A stretch of DNA of 64,000 bases from Macrostomum hystrix (Eukaryota; Animalia; Platyhelminthes). Positions within the stretch are counted from its first letter, which is position 1, and each line of letters starts with the position of its first letter. Both the position numbers and the translations under genes were made by a program. This document shows, one piece after another, positions 59,368 to 64,000 of the stretch. Location: the NCBI GenBank assembly GCA_950097015.1, contig CATNEN010000011.1, positions 3,038,001 through 3,102,000 of the forward strand, given 5' to 3'. Below the pieces are notes generated by a model. The model saw nothing but the letters and a program-made list of their open reading frames with translations. It ran no database searches and was not told the DNA's origin.

Positions 59368-62300
59368 TTTATAACTGAAAAATCAAATCAGTTTGTTGTG
59401 AATGTTATAGCGAAGTTCAAAAATATCTAAAAAAAATGTTTATTAAAATACACAAGCTAGATCATGTAATTAAACATAGAAAAGCACAAAGAAGTTAATT
59501 AATAAAATGGACATTTAGTAAATATATGTGTACATGCACCATATTAGACTGAATATAATTGTTAGACCCACCTATTTATTAATATTAAAAAACTACTTTT
59601 AATGATATGTAAAGCTAAAATATAATTTTTTATTATTTCTTTTTTATCTCCGTAATGTATTTCTATAAATAAAACAGCTACGTGGTGATTTCATGAAAAT
59701 ATAGGAACGCAAATACCATAAAACATTTTTAATGCTTCACCTATCTATAAATGTGCACCTCTCCATCAAAAAATTTCTATACCATGTGCACCTACATTTA
59801 AATGTATTTTATAATGTGTCGTAATGTTCATAAATTTAAATACACAAGGTGCACAAATTTATAAAGAACACAAGATTTTAGCACAAGGGTGCACTGTTTG
59901 TTATACATCTACATACTTGCAACAACTTTACACACACAAGGTGTGGCTACGCGGACAGAAATTTATTTCATGCAGCCATGCAGGCAATTTTTTCATAAGC
60001 ACGCTGGATACTGTCCGCAAAAACCCCTATTTGCTCCAATAGGGACCATACCTACAAAAAACAAAATGGCTAGGGTAATGTATCATCAACCGAACAGTGT
60101 ATCTTCAAAACTGAACAAGAATTTTGACTCCTTCCTTGGTCTCGTACAAGACAGAAACAAGCTATTGTGTTTCACAGAACAAGTAATTTGAAAGTTGAAG
60201 AAATTATCTACAAGCTGATGCATGATGTGCAATGAAGCACTAAGAGGAAAGAAAGATATTGATGTTTCAGTAGAAATTTTTATTGCAAAAGCATACTTTT
60301 TAACAACATTTTTTTAGTATGTACTTATAGACGAATATTGTATGTGGTTGATTGCCAATTAAATGACCATAAATGTAGTTATTTATAGAGCATGAAAAAT
60401 GCTTTCAAATTACATAATTCATGACAGTTCACTCCTTAAAATAAGATTAAACCACTCACTCAAATTGTAAAACCAAACATCAAATTCTCTGTTTGGTTTG
60501 AAGATACATGAAAATCACTCTTCGGTTTTAGATAAAAAGCAGGAATAACTTTTTTCTATTTGATAAAATAGCAAAAGCAGATACTTTTTAGAAAGATGTA
60601 ACTGTTTTTTATAACTTGGCTTTTGATTTATCATTATATCTTGAATAGAAAATCTGTAGCTTAGGTTTGAAGTTAAAAAAATACACATTCTTGTTTGGTT
60701 GATAATATATTGCCCTAATCAGAGGCTTAAGGCCTATGGCAAAATTCAGCTTAAGCTTTCTTCATTTTACACCAAATTATGCCAAGTGGAAAACTGGCTT
60801 TAAAGATTTATGCCAAATTATGCAAATCAAAATTAAGAAAATTTTTCAAAGTGGTTAGGCCCTAGTATTAAATAAGTACTGTTTTAAATTGATGTTTTAA
60901 TTTATGGTTTAAAAGACATCAATAAACAGTAACAAAGAGCTAACAGGTGAACAATAAATAAAATATAGGCCTATATGTACGATAATAAGTTAGGCCTAGA
61001 ACCAAAAAGATTTGAAAAGTTTATAAATTTACTTTAGGCTTAGGCCTACTATAACTATAAACATTGCACAATTTGCAACCAAAGCTAGGCCCCTATGCTA
61101 ATAATTTACTTGTTTCTTACTCCATCAAAACTTTTGCAACAATAAATGCATGCCAGAATAGATGCCAGTTGATTTGCTTGAAATTTTAGGCCAACTACAC
61201 CAATGTCATCATAGCATCCAAATTTTAGGCTGGAAATTTCTGGCATAAACTAGGCCTAGATGATCCAGACTAGGCCTATAGTATGGTGACAATGATAAAA
61301 GGCAGAACAATGTTAATGTCTTAAAAGCTGTTGTTGAAAATCTTTAAATTCGCATGTTGAAATTTGTAAAAATTTGAGCTGTTGGGGTCAGGGTGCGGGC
61401 AGAATTAATTGAAAGTTTTATTCTTCAATGTTGCCAGCATTAGGCCCTATCTCTGCCCAGCAACTTTATAACTTAGAAACTTGTGAAAAACCCTAGAATA
61501 ACTTATTACTGATGCGAAGTAGGTCACAATCGGCTCTATGACAAAATGAATAATAGTTATTTATAGCTTATAGGCCTATAGCCAATAGTTAGTCAGAACT
61601 GCGATAGAGCCTAGAAGGTAAGTTTACCACGTTAGCCGGTAGGTCTAGCATTAGGCCTAATTGTAAACAATAAAAGATGTCACCGAGATAACTATAATTA
61701 TTTTTATGCATTTATTATCTATAAAAAGAACATGCTGAATGAATAGGGCATGATTCATCCAAGTGAAAACAAATGAATCCAATCCATCCAGAATGAAATC
61801 GAACTTCATTTTCTCGTCGATCGACATTCTCATTAGTTCACATTTCTCGGAATTCGCGTTTCTATTTTGTACGTACTTGCGGTGATCGTTATTTTGACAC
61901 AAAAGTTTTCTTTTTACATTTATTTAACCTTTTGCATTTAGAATTTCGCCTTCACCTTTCATCTAGGTGCGAATTTCATGGAGTTCATTTTGCTGCTGGA
62001 TAGTTTGCTAGAGAAAGCTAACTCCGAGATGTTGAAATGGAAGAACAAACAGGTTCTACCTTAGAGCTACCAATGACATTCAGAAGTATAGTAGTACGGA
62101 GGGATGAGGCCTGGTTCTCCCATTTCTATCCCCTGGGAGCGAAATGGGGCGACATCAGTTAGTCAAATGGTTAGAGTCTAGAGACTAGACTGGAGACAAG
62201 AGAAAGATTTAGACGTTGAAAAAACAAAGGGTGAGATGAGACACGGGAGAGATATGAGACACGGGAGTGATGAGATAAGTGCGAGCGCATTTTGATTTCG

Positions 62301-62622
62301 CGACGTTGCAGATGCATCGATGGAAATTAAACGATTGCTGTTAATCAGAATATGGTCTAGTAGCTTACTGCTATCCATGTGCACTATATATCGACACTAT
62401 AAGAGCTATTTGTGTCTTTATAACAGGAAGTTTTTGTCGTCCTGTTACCTTTTGCTACAGTAACAGAGACAACGCTCGATGGGTTAGCTAGAGGCCCGTT
62501 TATGTGTGGACTCCGGTAAAATTTACATATAAATACGTAGTATAGCTTATTTAGCTAGTCTGTAAATCACTTTTAAATCACTCTTCCGTCAATTTCGTTT
62601 TAAACTATTCCGACAAGTGAAT

Positions 62623-62683
62623 ATGAGTTCAAATTTGTTTTACTACTTTATTTTGGCTGCATTTGGCCTGATCGAAAAAGCTG
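62623..62683 (+). CDS. Secreted CUB-domain protein, exon 1 (signal peptide)
   Basis: MSSNLFYYFILAAFGLIEKA with donor G|gtaaat (phase 1), joining acceptor tttcag|AA at 62780 in frame. Confidence 0.65.
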
Positions 62684-62779
62684 GTAAATAAAATATTTTC
62701 GTTTGAACAGAGTCTTGTGAGTGTACATAACAATTGTTTTGTTAATTATTATTATATAATTATGTTGAACGCATTTCAG

Positions 62780-63146
62780 AAGCATGCTGGAGTGAAAATC
62801 GGTACTCGGGTAATGGAACGATCGCTTGTCCTACAGAGTCGCCAGGATTTAGTAGCAGTAGCTACCCTAACAACCTGAATGTTGGATGGACAATCCACTC
62901 TTCGCGGATTAAAATTCGCTTTACAAAGCTAGACATTCAACCTAGAGTGCTGTGATAAAATACATATTTATGAGTCGATAACACTCCGGAACGCTAACTA
63001 TGAGAAATTCCGGCTTTGGGGATCGGACGCGGTTGAATCCGAGTATTGGCTGGATGGCCCGGTCCATATCATCTTCGTTACCGGTAGTGTAGTGCCCAAG
63101 ACTGGATTTCGGCTTGTTTACGAGACAAGAAATGACTCGTTTTCAG
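62780..63146 (+). pseudogene. CUB-domain exon with a +1 frameshift at about 62941 (pseudogene, null allele or sequencing error)
   Basis: First frame ACW...ESPGF..SYPNNLNVGWTIHSSRIKIRFTKLDIQ; after one extra base LECCDKIHIYE...HIIFVTGSVVPKTGFRLVY, a CUB-like pattern. Donor TCAG|gttagt. The 367-nt exon becomes a symmetric phase 1-1 exon of 366 nt if one base is removed. Confidence 0.72.
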
Positions 63147-63185
63147 GTTAGTGGAGACTTATTGTCGAATAGAGTACGCGTTCTT

Positions 63186-63482
63186 GAGGCCGTGTCCTTG
63201 AGGGACCGCGTCCTAGCTTGAGGGACCGTGTCCTTGAGGGACCGCGTCCTTTAGGGGGCCGCGTCCTTGAGCGGGCCGTGTCCTTGAGGGGCCGTGTCCT
63301 TGAGGGACCGCGTCCTTTATAGGGGTCGCGTCCTTGAGGGGCCGTGTCCTTGAGGGACCGCGTCCTTTATAGGGGTCGCGTCCTTGAGGGACCGCGTCCT
63401 TTATAGGGGTCGCGTCCTTGAACGGGCCGCGTCCTTGAGCGGGCTGTGTCCTTGAGGGAGCCGCGTCCTTGAGCGGGCCGTG
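63186..63482. repeat. ~17-bp GC-rich minisatellite after the CUB exon donor
   Basis: Unit GGACCG(C/T)GTCCTTGAG with TTTATAGGGG variants. Confidence 0.9.
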
Positions 63483-64000
63483 TCTTTCGTACAAAAATCC
63501 GACGTCGGCTGAATTTCTCTTGTCGGCTGGCAAATGGAACTTTTACATTACGCCGAAGAAATCCGATGAAACGAAAATTGTACAATTATACATGCAAAAA
63601 CAACGAAAAATCATCAAAAGACGCAAGATCAGCTTAAAACGCGAACGTCGACTGAACGTTGGTGCAATCTAAAAGTTCCTATATAATTTGCCATCGACGT
63701 CGCATTACATCAGAAAATCTGCAGACGTTGGTGACGCGATCGGATTGTTGTACGGGTCTTTTAGGGGGCCAACTTGGATTTGGGAGGTAGCGACACCTTA
63801 ATTGGATTAGTGATTTTCGCTATTTCTCGAAAGCTCAACACTGATAGTTATTCGATTTATAGAAATAATATATCTGAATGGTGCATGTACTTATAGGCGC
63901 AGTCGAATTCGTGAGGCAGCGGAGCGGTGTTCGCGTCAGCCACCCAGCGGGCATCTCAAGCTCCTATCCAACGCCGCCGAGCTACTCGTACATGAAAACA

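Noticed and set aside
61034-61048. Interstitial telomeric repeat (TTAGGCTTAGGC)
   Set aside because: Only two units, and part of the TAGGCCTA cluster; no telomeric array.
62941-62956. TGA in the CUB exon as selenocysteine or readthrough
   Set aside because: The CUB motif continues in a different frame, so a frameshift rather than stop recoding is needed.
62623-63146. CUB gene as cubilin, the partner of amnionless in the same window
   Set aside because: The signal peptide is followed directly by a CUB domain, whereas cubilin has a coiled-coil region and EGF repeats before its CUBs.
63469-63672. Possible third exon of the CUB gene
   Set aside because: No convincing phase-1 acceptor or domain similarity; the region contains short ACGT(C/T)G motifs more suggestive of a repeat fragment.

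Overview
Eukaryotic (metazoan) genomic DNA with short GT-AG exons, CAG/polyQ-rich coding sequence and about 33 minisatellite arrays that cover roughly 28 kb (~44%) by my hand tally. This style suggests a free-living flatworm such as Macrostomum, which is an inference only. Spliced by hand with consistent intron phases, the window contains seven genes: (1) the last two exons of a Cys-loop (nAChR-like) ligand-gated ion channel, +; (2) a complete 5-exon amnionless gene, +; (3) a complete 2-exon OPA3 gene, +; (4) a complete 4-coding-exon D2-like dopamine receptor, +; (5) a 3-exon polyQ gene with three C2H2 fingers, a candidate flatworm zfp-1 family member, +; (6) a complete 3-exon NEDD8 E2, UBE2M/Ubc12, -; (7) the first two exons of a secreted CUB-domain gene with a +1 frameshift, +. 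Mobile elements are a decayed RTE-like LINE, a 657-bp MITE with 17-bp TIRs and an 8-bp TSD, and a tRNA-derived SINE whose tail recurs elsewhere in the window. The most notable structure is the zinc-finger exon at 46238-46521. It is tightly bracketed by inverted copies of one 24-bp minisatellite, and a third related array could compete for pairing, making it a candidate RNA-structure switch for back-splicing or exon skipping. Most long ORFs in the supplied track are artefacts of tandem repeats.
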